Positions 1 to 10,722 are shown, numbered from the stretch's first letter. The stretch is DNA of 64,000 nucleotides from Bdellovibrionota bacterium (GCA_044356455.1 JBIKWF010000008.1:1-64000), one strand, 5' to 3'. Notes: generated from the letters alone by a model not told the origin. Program-made: numbers and translations.

Positions 1-321
1 GAAGTTGAAGAGATGTTCTCTTTAGCTGATGTGTACGTCATGCCTTCGGTCTCCGAGCCTTTTGGTCTTTCTGCTCTCGAAGCCATCAAGTTCGAAACGC
101 CGGTAATTATCTCCCGCCAGTCGGGAGTTTCCGAGGTGCTCTCACACGCCCTCAAGGTGGACTTTTGGGACACGGAACGCCTTGCTGATTTGATGATTAA
201 TGCGCTGCAGCATGAGGAATTGCGGGCAGACCTTGTGGCTATGGCGCGCGAAGAGGTCCGCCGGCTACACTGGGAGGCTTCCGCGTTACGAACTATTGAG
301 GTGTATCGAAGGCTAATTTAG
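1..321 (+). CDS. Glycosyltransferase family 4 (GT-B), C-terminal part; 5'-truncated by window edge
   Basis: ADVYVMPSVSEPFGLSALEA (EX7E) motif; frame open from position 1; directly upstream of GH57. Confidence 0.9.
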   Translation, partial: EVEEMFSLADVYVMPSVSEPFGLSALEAIKFETPVIISRQSGVSEVLSHALKVDFWDTERLADLMINALQHEELRADLVAMAREEVRRLHWEASALRTIEVYRRLI

Positions 322-428
322 GAAGCCAAAAAAGTCCTCCTTCGTGGTCTTAGTGATCTTAGTGGTTGTTTCCAACCATCAAGAAGAGTCGGAGGTGCAG
401 TCTTTGCTTCGCAGAAGGTAGGAGTTCT

Positions 429-1676
429 ATGCCATCAGTATGTTTCTACTTTCAGGTACACCAGCCCTTCCGCGTGAAGCGCTATTCGTATTTCCAGATA
501 AAAAGTGACCACATTTATTTCGACGATGAGAAGAATGGCACGGTTCTGAAGAAAGTTGCTGATAAGTGCTATCTCCCTACCAATGCCACGATGCTGGAGC
601 TTATTAAGCGCTATGCAGGGGAGTTCCGTATTTCTTACTCAATCACCGGGACCGCGATTGAGCAGATGAAGCTTTACTGTCCCGAAGTTCTTAAAAGCTT
701 CGAGCGACTTGCGGAAACGGGCGCGGTCGAATTCATCAATGAGACGTATTATCACTCCTTGGCTGCCGTTTATGAGCCCGATGAGTTTCGCGAGCAGGTC
801 GCAAAGCATACCGCATTGATGAAGAGCCATTTCGGTCAAACTCCGAAAGTGTTTCGCGACACCGAGCTCATATATTCCGATGAGATCGGGAAACTCGTCA
901 GTGAACTTGGATTCGACGCTATAATCGCCGAAGGCGTTGATGATGTTCTTGACTGGCGTTCCCCGAATTATCTCTACGCGGTACCTCGTCATCTTACTGG
1001 GGGTAGAGAAGTTAAGCTCCTGCTGAAGAATTACCGCCTTTCGGATGACATCGCCTTTCGCTTTTCAAATCGCGGCTGGCCAGAATGGCCTCTTACTGCC
1101 GAAAAGTTTGCGCACTGGGTTCATCAGATAAGCGGTAACGGCGATGTCCTTAACTTGTTCATGGACTACGAGACTTTTGGCGAACACCAATGGGCTGATA
1201 CCGGGATTTTTGAGTTCATGAAGCATTTGCCGGAGCAAGTGCTAAGAAAATCAGATTGGAACTTTCGGACGCCCTCACAAATCGCAGCGCTCTACCCCGC
1301 GCGAGCGGAGTTACCTTTTCACCGCCTTACCTCGTGGGCCGATATGGAGCGCGACCTTACCGCGTGGCGCGGCAACCGAATTCAGAACAGTGCGCTTGAT
1401 CTAGCCTATCAAATAGGACGAGAGCTCAAGCGCCGAGCGCCACTTCCAGATGAGGGGCCCTCTTTCGCAGCTGAGCTGCTTGATACCTGGCGCAAGCTTC
1501 TTACCTCCGACCATTTCTACTATATGTGCACCAAGTGGTTTGCTGATGGAGACGTGCATGCGTATTTCAGTCCCTATGAGAGCCCCTATGAGGCTTTTAT
1601 CAATTACATGAATGTCCTACGTGACTTTCGTGAGCGCTGGTTGCCCGGCTGGAAGCCTATGGGGCACGCGGGGTAA
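429..1676 (+). CDS. Glycoside hydrolase family 57 (alpha-amylase-like)
   Basis: YFQVHQP, ETYYHS, DTELIY, DYETFGEH and TSDHFYYM motifs; ATG at 429 follows AGGAG RBS, so the ORF-track start at 366 is probably too early. Confidence 0.92.
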   Translation: MPSVCFYFQVHQPFRVKRYSYFQIKSDHIYFDDEKNGTVLKKVADKCYLPTNATMLELIKRYAGEFRISYSITGTAIEQMKLYCPEVLKSFERLAETGAVEFINETYYHSLAAVYEPDEFREQVAKHTALMKSHFGQTPKVFRDTELIYSDEIGKLVSELGFDAIIAEGVDDVLDWRSPNYLYAVPRHLTGGREVKLLLKNYRLSDDIAFRFSNRGWPEWPLTAEKFAHWVHQISGNGDVLNLFMDYETFGEHQWADTGIFEFMKHLPEQVLRKSDWNFRTPSQIAALYPARAELPFHRLTSWADMERDLTAWRGNRIQNSALDLAYQIGRELKRRAPLPDEGPSFAAELLDTWRKLLTSDHFYYMCTKWFADGDVHAYFSPYESPYEAFINYMNVLRDFRERWLPGWKPMGHAG

Positions 1677-1785
1677 AGCCGACATTGTTCTCTCTTCTTA
1701 ACCAATAGGGCCTAAAAACGACCCTCTTTGAACCTTTTCCCGCACTTGTCTACTCGCCTTATCCCAGCGATCAGGGTATCTTTAA

Positions 1786-2985
1786 GTGCTTGTTTTATTG
1801 AAGTTTACGGAGCCACTCGCGATGTCGTCAGCGTCCATTTCTGCGGTTTCTCTGACTGTTCCTACCCAGGACGGATCACTTGATGGAACCTATTCTAGTC
1901 TCAGCTCAAATGCTGCTGAGGCGACAGCTGTGCAAAACGAGAATAGTGCCCCAGTGTTTAATACCGAGTCGATTGGTGCATCTTCAGTAAAGCCAGTTCC
2001 AGAAAAATGGCGCGAGACAGTAGCTCGTTACGCGGAGCCCAAAACCCTCTCCGCTATCACGCAGCTTTGTACGACTATTATTCCGCTTGTAATTTTGTTT
2101 GCCGCCATGCACGCGCTGCTTGAGGTGCACTACGGACTCGTGATGCTACTCACCATTCCGACAGCGCTTCTCCTCGTCCGTTCCTTCATAATAATGCATG
2201 ACTGTGGCCATGGGTCCTTTTTTGCTTCGCGCCGCTGGAACGATATCGTTGGTTTTATAACTGGGGTAATGACGCTTACTCCCTACGTACACTGGCGTAA
2301 GGAACATGCCATTCATCATGCCACCTCCGGCAATCTAGATAAGCGAGGTTTCGGAGACGTCACCACACTCACAGTGAAGGAGTATCTCGCGCTGCCATGG
2401 TGGGGGCGCCTGCAGTACCGTATCTACCGAAGTCCCCCAGTGCTGCTTGGGCTTGGCCCCATTTGGATTATCCTTAAGCACCGCATTCCTGGGCCCGTAA
2501 AGGCGTTTGGGCCTAAAGAACGCTTGAGTGTGTATTCAACTGATATCGTGCTCGTCGCGTTGCTCGCTATTGGCGCTATGACGGGGGTGCTGGGGACGGC
2601 GCTGCTTCTTTATCTGCCGGCAGTTGTTCTTGCAGGTGCTATTGGAATTTGGCTCTTCTATGTCCAGCATCAGTTTGAGGGGACATATTGGGAGAGGTCT
2701 AAGAATTGGGATTACGCTACGGCTGCAATTTATGGCAGCACGTATTTAAAGCTTCCCAAGTTTTTACAATGGTTTACAGGGCACATCGGGCTTCATCATA
2801 TTCATCATTTGAGCCCCCGAATTCCTAACTATGTATTAGAGCGCTGCCACAACGAGAACCAAGAGTTTCATGCCGCCCCTACCATTGGTTTATGGGAGGG
2901 GATCAAGACCCTCTCTCTGAAGCTTTGGGATGAAGATCGACAATGTCTGATTAGGTTTAGCGATCTTCGGAGAATGCAGCGCTGA
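1786..2985 (+). CDS. Membrane fatty-acid desaturase (DesA/Des-like)
   Basis: Three His boxes HDCGH, HAIHH, HHIHH; several TM segments; real start may be ATG 1822. Confidence 0.9.
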   Translation: MLVLLKFTEPLAMSSASISAVSLTVPTQDGSLDGTYSSLSSNAAEATAVQNENSAPVFNTESIGASSVKPVPEKWRETVARYAEPKTLSAITQLCTTIIPLVILFAAMHALLEVHYGLVMLLTIPTALLLVRSFIIMHDCGHGSFFASRRWNDIVGFITGVMTLTPYVHWRKEHAIHHATSGNLDKRGFGDVTTLTVKEYLALPWWGRLQYRIYRSPPVLLGLGPIWIILKHRIPGPVKAFGPKERLSVYSTDIVLVALLAIGAMTGVLGTALLLYLPAVVLAGAIGIWLFYVQHQFEGTYWERSKNWDYATAAIYGSTYLKLPKFLQWFTGHIGLHHIHHLSPRIPNYVLERCHNENQEFHAAPTIGLWEGIKTLSLKLWDEDRQCLIRFSDLRRMQR

Positions 2986-3101
2986 TATCGGTTTCTCATC
3001 TTTTCAAGAACCTCGACTCTTTTCGTGAAGGGGTCGGCGGGTTATACCAAGCTTTGTGCGCGCCAGGCGCTTGTCTCTCTTTGGAGTACGAGGAATAGAC
3101 C

Positions 3102-3530
3102 ATGAAAACTTTCGGAACTTTTCCACTCTCTTTTGCCCATACCTCTTTGATTGCTGCGTTTTCGGCGCTTGTCATCGGAGTGACCTCTGGTTGCGCCGCA
3201 CTCAATGACCCGAACTTCTATCCCTCTTCGAATGACGGTTATTATAATAACAGAGGCTACGATGACGATTACTATCGACGCCGCGAATCCGAGCGTAATT
3301 GGGAAGAGCGCCGTCGCCTTGAACGAGAGCGCGAGCGCTTAGAAGAAGAGCGCCGTCGGCACGAGTATGATCGCCACCGCGATCCGCCTCCTCTTCAGCG
3401 CCCTGTGCCTCGGGAAGAATCATGTCCCTCGGGTTTTAGTCCAAGTGAGCAGAAGTGTAGTCCCTCCGAGCGGGCACGCGGTTGCAAAGATATTCGGATG
3501 CCGAGTGGGCTTGGATGCGTGAGAAGGTAG
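3102..3530 (+). CDS. Hypothetical lipoprotein with R/E-rich coiled coil and Cys-rich C-terminus
   Basis: GAGGA RBS, lipobox-like VTSG-C, four Cys at C-terminus. Confidence 0.7.
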   Translation: MKTFGTFPLSFAHTSLIAAFSALVIGVTSGCAALNDPNFYPSSNDGYYNNRGYDDDYYRRRESERNWEERRRLERERERLEEERRRHEYDRHRDPPPLQRPVPREESCPSGFSPSEQKCSPSERARGCKDIRMPSGLGCVRR

Positions 3531-3559
3531 AAAATGTACCTATTTACTGCTGAATCTTT

Positions 3560-3620
3560 GCCTGGCTAGTCGTTATGCTCGCGGGATCCCTAGCGGGTCC
3601 GTGAGCATAACTGGCTAGGC
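3560..3620. repeat. Long imperfect hairpin containing a motif repeated at 14766-14792
   Basis: GTTATGCTCGCGGGATCCC-TAGC-GGGTCCGTGAGCATAAC; lies between convergent genes. Confidence 0.65.
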
Positions 3621-3679
3621 GTGTGTGTCCCGTAGCCACCACAACATGTAGTGGTAGCAGCTTCCTACGGGGCGGACTT
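3619..3679. mobile_element. Degenerate short MITE of family 2 (end consensus GAGTCTGTCCCGTAG), flanked by CTAG
   Basis: CTAG-GCGTGTGTGTCCCGTAG...CTACGGGGCGGACTT-CTAG; right end resembles 16656-16674 and 31979-31997. Confidence 0.5.
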
Positions 3680-3690
3680 CTAGGAGCCTG

Positions 3691-4893
3691 CTATACCTCT
3701 CCAGCGACTCTGCCGCTTTGAATGCGCTTCTCAATTAATTCAAATTGCGCTTTGCGCGCGAGAAAATTCACTTTGGAGTCAAGTAGTTGAATTTCGGTGA
3801 GGCCAAGGAGCGCTTCGTAGAGAGCAGCTCTCCTTTCCTTTGGGCTTTCTAGGCGAGTAGCTTTTTCACTTGCTTGAAGGAACGCAGTGACTGCGCTGTA
3901 GCACGAGTAGGTCATGCCGCTTGCGGCGGATGAGCCGGTTAGCTTCTCAAGCTGAGCACGAAAATGAGGGTATGAGAGACGGGTTTCAATAAACCTAACA
4001 TCTTCCAAGACATTAGCAGGCACGGACGCAAGCACTTCTGGTTTAGCGATCCAAAAGTTCGAATAGATTGCGCCAGTCACTCCCTGTTCTTTAAGTCGCT
4101 TCGTAAGAGGCCCAATTTGGGAGATTGCTACGTTCAGAAACACTGCGTCGGGCTTTGCCGCTCGAATGCGGAGAACTTCCGATTGGAAGTCCTGCGCAGA
4201 AGGCGAGATAGATTCTGAGACAAGGACTTTTCCTCCACGTTGCGAAAAATCCTTGGTGAACCAATCAGAGACAGAGACGAGCCACTCGTCTTCTCCCGTA
4301 AGGACTGCTGCGGAGCGAAGTGAACGTTCGTAGAATTTCTGCGCAAGTCTGCCTCCTTCGATATCTGCTGAGGGCCAGAACTGAAAGGCATAGGGATTTC
4401 CCGATGCGAACTCTGCATGTCCCACAGCTCCAAGAAGAGGAATAAAGTTCTTAGCCGAGAGGGGATTAACAGCCATTCCTACCGGTCCGCGTACGGCTAG
4501 AACTGCATCAACTTTATCGGCGCGAATGAGCTTCTCAAACTCCGACATGCTCAGCTTGGGATCTGCTTGGCTATCACTGTAGTGTAGTTCAGCCTCCTTA
4601 CTTCCCTGCATGGCAACCTGAACTCCTCGTTTGCAATCCTCCCCGACCGGCGCATAGGGGCCTGAAAGCGGAAGAAGCATACCAAGTCGCCAGGGAGAAG
4701 TGAGCCAGGGAGTAAGGCCATTGTTGCTTGGAGGTGCCAACTCTTCAGCTAGCGCTAGTGAGGAATGCCGTGTGCTCGCAAGGCAAATTACGCCTGACAA
4801 GAGCAGGACCAAGACACTTCTAATCAGGTTTACCGGCATAGTGACTCCACAAGGCGAGAGCGACCTCTCTGATACATTGTCATTGGGTGCCAT
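3691..4893 (-). CDS. Periplasmic substrate-binding protein, LivJ/branched-chain amino acid type
   Basis: LGMLLPLSGPYA..G motif, DSQADP, DFQSEVLRIRAAKPDAV; signal-peptide-like N-terminus. Confidence 0.85.
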   Translation of the reverse strand: MAPNDNVSERSLSPCGVTMPVNLIRSVLVLLLSGVICLASTRHSSLALAEELAPPSNNGLTPWLTSPWRLGMLLPLSGPYAPVGEDCKRGVQVAMQGSKEAELHYSDSQADPKLSMSEFEKLIRADKVDAVLAVRGPVGMAVNPLSAKNFIPLLGAVGHAEFASGNPYAFQFWPSADIEGGRLAQKFYERSLRSAAVLTGEDEWLVSVSDWFTKDFSQRGGKVLVSESISPSAQDFQSEVLRIRAAKPDAVFLNVAISQIGPLTKRLKEQGVTGAIYSNFWIAKPEVLASVPANVLEDVRFIETRLSYPHFRAQLEKLTGSSAASGMTYSCYSAVTAFLQASEKATRLESPKERRAALYEALLGLTEIQLLDSKVNFLARKAQFELIEKRIQSGRVAGEV

Positions 4894-4983
4894 ATACGAT
4901 TGTTTTCTAAGGGCGGGAAGAGTTTGAGTGATTTGAAATAATTACTCATCCCACAGGCCCCTTTAACGCACGCCATAGCTTAA

Positions 4984-5115
4984 GGAACCTCTGAAAAACC
5001 TAAAAATCGCGCTTCTTCTGTCCCGTTTTTCCTCCGCGTACCCCGCGTTATACAAAACTTTTCAAGTAACGCGGAGGACGCAAAGTACGCGGAGGGGTAG
5101 TTTTTCAGAGGTTCC
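4984..5115. mobile_element. MITE family 1, copy 1 (132 bp)
   Basis: Perfect TIR GGAACCTCTGAAAAAC/GTTTTTCAGAGGTTCC, TTAA on both sides, internal CCTCCGCGTA...TACGCGGAGG palindrome. Confidence 0.85.
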
Positions 5116-5299
5116 TTAATAAAGGCGCATATTCGTACGAAATTTTTGCGCACCATTTAATTGAAAGCACCAAGGGAGTGCCTGGGAGCACGCTCCGCTT
5201 TGCCTTCCTAACAAAGAACTAACACGAGAGAATGTTTACTAACTCGAGCAACGGGCGTACACGATGGCGAATATTATCCGAATGTTGGAACTATAGATC

Positions 5300-6517
5300 A
5301 TGTGCGCCCCTTCTCATCGTCAGCTAGAAGCAGCCGGTTGGTTTGACGAACCCACACTAGCTTCCCTCCCTCCTGGAGCGGGGCTTGTTCCGCCGCAGCT
5401 AAGACTTGTTTCCGACGCCGCGAACCCCGATGGTTTACGTGCGGGCCTGTCAAAAGAATCCGAAAGGCTACTTCTTCAAGCAATAGCTAAGTTCGATAAG
5501 GCAGTTCAAAGTCGTTTACGAGATTGGTTAGAGCTGTCTGAGGGCGGTCTGATCGAAGAGTCTCATGCGGCCGCGGCTTCTCCAAAACTAAAAGTCATTG
5601 CCTGTTCATTAGACTCTCTTTTCCCGGGTATTTGCTTTGAGCAAGTGCTTCTTGAGCAACTTGAGATTTCAAGGGTTCTCGATCGAAGAAGGGTTGCCGA
5701 TGTACCGGCACCCCGTGTTTTTGGCTGCAATCAAGGTGCACCCTCTTTAGCCTCAGCCGAGGCTCGGCTTACGGCCGAGATCTTCCCTACGTGTAGTCTT
5801 GCCTCCTGCTACCAGCGGGCGCTCGATCTTATCCCCGCTTTCCCCAAGGAAGAGCGGGCCCAATTGCTTGACGAGGTTCGAACGTGGCCTACCAAGCTCC
5901 TTACGGGCATTTCAATCCAAGCGCTCAGTGTTGCGACGAATGCCGCCTTCCAGGGTATCGAGAGAGCAGTTTCGAATGAGATTCTAGAGTTCGTTATTGC
6001 GGCCAGCCGCCATGGACACCACATTTGCATTACCTCGCCCATGAGCGTGTGGGCGGCGCGCTGGCTCGTGGCAGAAAGGCTCAACCCACTTCTCACCGCG
6101 AATCAAGAGACTCCTATCCCGCTTAGCTGTGTGGGTGGGGTGCCTTCCTTGCTTCGCGCCGAAGGCGGTGAGCTTGTGAACGAGGCCGACCTTGCGGCTT
6201 CACTTTCGCGGTATACCCGCTGGAATCCTAGTGCCTTTGGGCCTCTTGTTTTTGCCGGGGAGTCTTACGCATGTCCCGTTACTGACTCGCGGGCTACGGC
6301 GGAGGATTCAAAGGACATCGATCTTGCATTCGTAGGCCCCACAGAGTCAGCGGATATATACTCGAGGGCGAGGCGCATGGTGGTACTGTGTGATGTTACC
6401 TCGTATGATCCAAAAAACTCCGATCTTCTCACAAGAATCAACGCGATTCCGGGTCGATCCTTAGTCGTTCAGCCGCTACGTGGCTCCTCGTTCTTTGGCG
6501 GCAGTAACTCTTTGTAG
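5300..6517 (+). CDS. Hypothetical protein, possibly degenerate HAD-like fold
   Basis: 405-aa ORF; KVIACSLDSLF, GHHICITS and LAFVG loosely resemble HAD motifs I, II and IV. Confidence 0.55.
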   Translation: MCAPSHRQLEAAGWFDEPTLASLPPGAGLVPPQLRLVSDAANPDGLRAGLSKESERLLLQAIAKFDKAVQSRLRDWLELSEGGLIEESHAAAASPKLKVIACSLDSLFPGICFEQVLLEQLEISRVLDRRRVADVPAPRVFGCNQGAPSLASAEARLTAEIFPTCSLASCYQRALDLIPAFPKEERAQLLDEVRTWPTKLLTGISIQALSVATNAAFQGIERAVSNEILEFVIAASRHGHHICITSPMSVWAARWLVAERLNPLLTANQETPIPLSCVGGVPSLLRAEGGELVNEADLAASLSRYTRWNPSAFGPLVFAGESYACPVTDSRATAEDSKDIDLAFVGPTESADIYSRARRMVVLCDVTSYDPKNSDLLTRINAIPGRSLVVQPLRGSSFFGGSNSL

Positions 6518-6557
6518 CTGCAACTTCTTGTAACAGTGAGCATGGCGGCCATGCTCG

Positions 6558-7844
6558 CTATGCTAAATCATACGTCTCCTTCTCCCTTGGGGGATTGAGG
6601 ATGAGTGCCAATTGGCGCGTTTGCTCCGGATCAAGAAGCGCGGCAAGTATATTCCCTGAGGACTGATTGACCTGTGCCAGGCTGAGAAGTTCGGTTTCAA
6701 TCTCGGCGAGAAGCGCGATAGCTGAAGCGCGTGCGGCACTCAAGGTAGCTTTTCTAGCAGCAGCACGCACGGCGTCCTGAGGGAATGTCGTGCTCATAAG
6801 CATTTCCTGTCCTAACGAGCCAGCCAGGCTAAGTTCGTTGTCCATCCATGAGCGAATCAAGCGCGCAACCTCATTGGTTATCTCAACTCTGAGGGACTCT
6901 AATTCCTCATCCCGCGGTGGCCCTTTGGGCTTCGTGAGTCTTGAACTGAGACGCGCCTCGAGTTCTCGAGCAGGCCTTTGAGCGAGGCTGTCCTTTTGCT
7001 CTTCACTTGGCTGGGCTTCTCGGCACAACTTGGCGTAGTCGGCAGCGGTTTGAGTAAGGAGTTCACTCTTAAATTCATCTTTCGGCGGCTTTGGTTTGAC
7101 GTCTTTCGCCGCCGCCGGGCCACCGGCACGCAGCGCAGCCTTACGAGCCTCTGCGGCAGCCAGCTTCTCTTGCTGCCTCTGCTCAAAGTTGCTCTGACGC
7201 GTTGAAGCATCCAGAGGTTCTCCCTTGGGTAAGCGCTCGCCAGCCCCTTCTGCGAAACTCTTTCCCTTAAGTCCACTGAGGGCGCTTTGAATATGCTCGC
7301 TGCTCTTGAGTGCTCTTCCCGCGAAAATGACCATAAGCCGCGTTTGCTCTAAGCATTCGCTCATCGTCGATTGTATATGTGCTTTGGAGAGCTGCACGCC
7401 CTTCGCCGAGAGTCGTTTCAAGAGGTCTGAAACGATGGTGGCAATAACGGCTGAAGGAGGTGCGCGGTAGAGGTCAGGGATGATGCGGTGAAGATCGCTT
7501 AGGGCACGCTCTGCCTGGCTCGCCCATTCAAGTCTAAGCTCAGCAATTTTGATACCTCCATTTCCTGATACCGCGCCCTCGCCCTTGAGTCTGTTCCGAA
7601 AATTCAATGAGCATTGCACAAGGGCCGCGAAGTTCTGAGGTGTTCGTGAGCCAACATGGGAGTGCCTGAGCTCGCGGTAACGCAGTACTTCAGCCTCCGA
7701 AGGAAGCGGCGAAAATGCTGCCTCAGGGGCAGCCAAGATGGAGTCAGTTGGATGACTGTTGGCAGCGCCTGTAATGGCGTGAGGAGGTGGAACGCTCGTC
7801 GGCTTGTGAGAGGAACAATTGGGCTGAAAATGCATACTGCACAA
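6558..7844 (-). CDS. Hypothetical helical/coiled-coil protein
   Basis: 428-aa ORF, GGAGG RBS upstream; no recognised motif. Confidence 0.6.
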   Translation of the reverse strand: MCSMHFQPNCSSHKPTSVPPPHAITGAANSHPTDSILAAPEAAFSPLPSEAEVLRYRELRHSHVGSRTPQNFAALVQCSLNFRNRLKGEGAVSGNGGIKIAELRLEWASQAERALSDLHRIIPDLYRAPPSAVIATIVSDLLKRLSAKGVQLSKAHIQSTMSECLEQTRLMVIFAGRALKSSEHIQSALSGLKGKSFAEGAGERLPKGEPLDASTRQSNFEQRQQEKLAAAEARKAALRAGGPAAAKDVKPKPPKDEFKSELLTQTAADYAKLCREAQPSEEQKDSLAQRPARELEARLSSRLTKPKGPPRDEELESLRVEITNEVARLIRSWMDNELSLAGSLGQEMLMSTTFPQDAVRAAARKATLSAARASAIALLAEIETELLSLAQVNQSSGNILAALLDPEQTRQLALILNPPREKETYDLA

Positions 7845-7935
7845 TCCTCCGAAGGTTAGGTATTTCGACCAATGATACTGGCATGTCGAAACGCAACGAA
7901 GGAGTTTTAGCCGGGGAGCGGGCGGAGGTAAGATT

Positions 7936-10596
7936 TCAATACTTTCTTTCGAGACAGCGCGTCACAAGCGCGGTCCAGCCCGTCTGATGACTTGCGCCGC
8001 AGCCCTTTGCCGAATCCCCATGAAAATATTCGTAAAAGAGCACGAGGTCTCTCCACGCGGGGTCATTCGCATAACGCGGGTCCTCGCCGTGGCAGGGCCT
8101 CTGGCCTTTCGCATCAGGAATGAAAATTGCGGAATGACGAATGGCAAGCTCACGCGCAATTTCCCTTAGATTGAGCTTTCGTCCGGAACCAGTAGGGAAA
8201 TCAATGGTAAAACTATCTCCGTAGAAATGGTGATAGCGTTCGAGCGCTTCAATAAGAAGATAATTAATGGGGAACCATACAGGACCACGCCAATTCGAGT
8301 TTCCACCAAACATCGTGGTGCGTGATTCCCCAGGTACATATTCTACAGAGAATACTTGCGAATCCACTTTAAATTCGAAGGGCTTTTCTCCGTGGGCCTT
8401 TGAGAGGGAGCGGATGCCGTAGGTTGAGAGAAACTCCTTTTCATCGAGTATGTACGTCAGCATGCGCTCAAGGCGCGACCTTGAGGGAATGGCGAGTAGA
8501 CGATGCTGATGCACTTTTTCGCCGCTTGATTCAAGGTAGGAGATGTGACGCGCGAGATCTTTGCGATGGTCGAGGAACCATTGCATGCGCTTTTTGAACC
8601 CGGGCAAGCGCGAGATTACGTCTTCCTCAAGCACCTCGACCGCAAGCATGGGAATAATCCCTACGAGAGAGCGAATCCGTAGCGGTGTTGCGGCGAGCTC
8701 AGTGCGCCTTTGGTCATAGTAAAATCCATCCTGTTCATCCCACAGACCGCTACCACCAAAAGTATTAATTGAGTCAGTTATCGAAATGAAATGCTCAAAA
8801 AACTTTGAAGCCATGTCCTCATACGCAGGATCTTCTGAGGCAAGCTCAATTGCCATCGAGAGCATGGTCCCACAGAAAAAAGCCATCCATGCGGTAGCAT
8901 CGGCTTGTTCAAGGTGGCCACCACCGGGAACGGGCTGTCCCCTGTCGAACACTCCGATGTTATCGAGCCCCAAGAATCCACCGGAGAATAAGTTGTTTCC
9001 GCCTATATCTTTGCGGTTGATCCACCAGGTGAAATTGAGAAGCAGCTTTTGGAATACGCGTGCTAAAAATACACGGTCTCGTTTACCTTTAGGCGCCGTA
9101 ATTTTATAGACACGCCAGCATGCCCAGGCGTGCACTGGGGGGTTTACGTCACTAAAGGCGAACTCGTAGGCAGGAAGTTTTCCTGTAGGATGCATGTACC
9201 ACTCTCTGAGAAAGAGAATGAGTTGTTCCTTCGCAAACTCAGGATCGATTTTTGAGAAAGGAACCATGTGGAATGCTAAATCCCAGGCTGCGTACCAGGG
9301 GTACTCCCACTTGTCAGGCATCGATATGACGTCGCGGTTATAAAGGTGCGACCAATCGGTATTTCGCGTGTTTTTTCGGTTGGGGTGCGGGGCAGGTTGG
9401 GCGGGATCTCCCTCCTGCCATTCGCGGACTGCGTAGTAGTAGAACTGCTTTGACCAAAGAAGTCCGGCATAGGCTTGCCTAGAAACTTGGCGCTCCTCGT
9501 TCGATGCTCCGGAAGGCAGCTTGTCCTCGTAAAAGGTGTCGGTCTCAGCGATGCGGGCTTCAAGGGTGCGGTCGAAAGATTCCCCAAATATTTCCTGGGG
9601 GGCGTCGCGATCATTAAAAAGACGAAATTTAAGTTCGAGTGAAGCTCCCGAAGGGATTTCTTGGCAGGAGTAAAAACTCGCCTTCGTTCCTTTATGATCC
9701 GAATTTACGGCGCCCTTCTGATCATGAATCACATAGTCGTGGAACGAGTCCTTCACGAAAGGACGCTCCATCGGACTTCCAAAAAGCCGGCTAATATTAG
9801 TTTCATTCTCGGTGAAAAGAGGGACCGGATGGTAGAGCTTCGATTCAGGCTCGCAGTGGAACGTGAAAGGTTCCAAACTCTCGTGCTGTGTCCGAAAGGA
9901 GGAAGCGCCAGAAAGCGAAATAAGCGGCTTTTTTTCAGCGTAGCCCTCTCCCGAGCGGCCCCAGGACCAATTGTTTCTGAACCAGAGAGTGGGAAGTACG
10001 TGCAAGCGCTGAATGGTTGGGCTGTGATTAACTATTCGGAGACGTATAAGAATATCGTTCGGTGCGCCCTTGGCATACTCAACAAAGATGTCGAAATAGC
10101 GCTGGGAGTCAAAGACGCCTGTGTCGCTTAGTTCAAATTCCGGCTCGTCGCGAGAGCGGCTCTTATTCTCAGTGGCAAGAAGACCATAGGGGAAGTCATC
10201 TACCGGATACTTATAGAGGCCCTTCATGTAGGAGTGCGTGGGAGAGCCATCAAGATAGTAGTAGCACTCTTTTACGTCTTCTCCGTGGTTACCCTCACTG
10301 CCGGTGACTCCAAAGAGTCGCTCTTTTAGAATCGGATCGTGGCCGTTCCAAAAGGCAAAAGAGAAGCAAAGCCTACACTCGCGGTCCGTAAGTCCAAGTA
10401 AGCCATCTTCCCCCCAGCGGTAGGCACGGCTCCGCGCATGGTCGTGGGGAAAATAATCCCAGCAGCTACCGTCAGGAGAGTAATCTTCGCGTACGGTTCC
10501 CCACTGGCGCTCTGAAAGGTAGGTTCCCCAGCGCTTCCAATTCTTTTGGCGCACGGCATCTTCTTGCAGACGTTGTGACTCAGGGTCTAACTTCAT
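7936..10596 (-). CDS. GH63/MGH1-like glucosidase
   Basis: WGTYLSERQWGTVREDYS, SMPDKWEYPWYAAWDLAFH, GGNSNWRGPVW, GASHQTGWT. Confidence 0.93.
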   Translation of the reverse strand: MKLDPESQRLQEDAVRQKNWKRWGTYLSERQWGTVREDYSPDGSCWDYFPHDHARSRAYRWGEDGLLGLTDRECRLCFSFAFWNGHDPILKERLFGVTGSEGNHGEDVKECYYYLDGSPTHSYMKGLYKYPVDDFPYGLLATENKSRSRDEPEFELSDTGVFDSQRYFDIFVEYAKGAPNDILIRLRIVNHSPTIQRLHVLPTLWFRNNWSWGRSGEGYAEKKPLISLSGASSFRTQHESLEPFTFHCEPESKLYHPVPLFTENETNISRLFGSPMERPFVKDSFHDYVIHDQKGAVNSDHKGTKASFYSCQEIPSGASLELKFRLFNDRDAPQEIFGESFDRTLEARIAETDTFYEDKLPSGASNEERQVSRQAYAGLLWSKQFYYYAVREWQEGDPAQPAPHPNRKNTRNTDWSHLYNRDVISMPDKWEYPWYAAWDLAFHMVPFSKIDPEFAKEQLILFLREWYMHPTGKLPAYEFAFSDVNPPVHAWACWRVYKITAPKGKRDRVFLARVFQKLLLNFTWWINRKDIGGNNLFSGGFLGLDNIGVFDRGQPVPGGGHLEQADATAWMAFFCGTMLSMAIELASEDPAYEDMASKFFEHFISITDSINTFGGSGLWDEQDGFYYDQRRTELAATPLRIRSLVGIIPMLAVEVLEEDVISRLPGFKKRMQWFLDHRKDLARHISYLESSGEKVHQHRLLAIPSRSRLERMLTYILDEKEFLSTYGIRSLSKAHGEKPFEFKVDSQVFSVEYVPGESRTTMFGGNSNWRGPVWFPINYLLIEALERYHHFYGDSFTIDFPTGSGRKLNLREIARELAIRHSAIFIPDAKGQRPCHGEDPRYANDPAWRDLVLFYEYFHGDSAKGCGASHQTGWTALVTRCLERKY

Positions 10597-10640
10597 GTGT
10601 GTGCTAAGATTGCCGCATCCTGCGTGAAAGCGGCAGCAGT

Positions 10641-10684
10641 AAAAATAGAAAGGCGCTGGCGGTGATTTTTACACCCCCAGCGCC
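10641..10684 (-). terminator. Intrinsic terminator of the 10768-11094 gene
   Basis: GGCGCTGG.GGTG/CACC.CCAGCGCC stem followed on the minus strand by TTTCTATTTT. Confidence 0.65.
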
Positions 10685-10722
10685 GATACTTTATGGCGCA
10701 GGTTCTTGAAACCGCGCCAGTA

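Noticed and set aside
3638..3655. NrdR-box-like palindrome ACCACAACATGTAGTGGT
   Set aside because: Single copy, between convergent genes, inside a MITE-like element, with no nucleotide-reduction gene nearby
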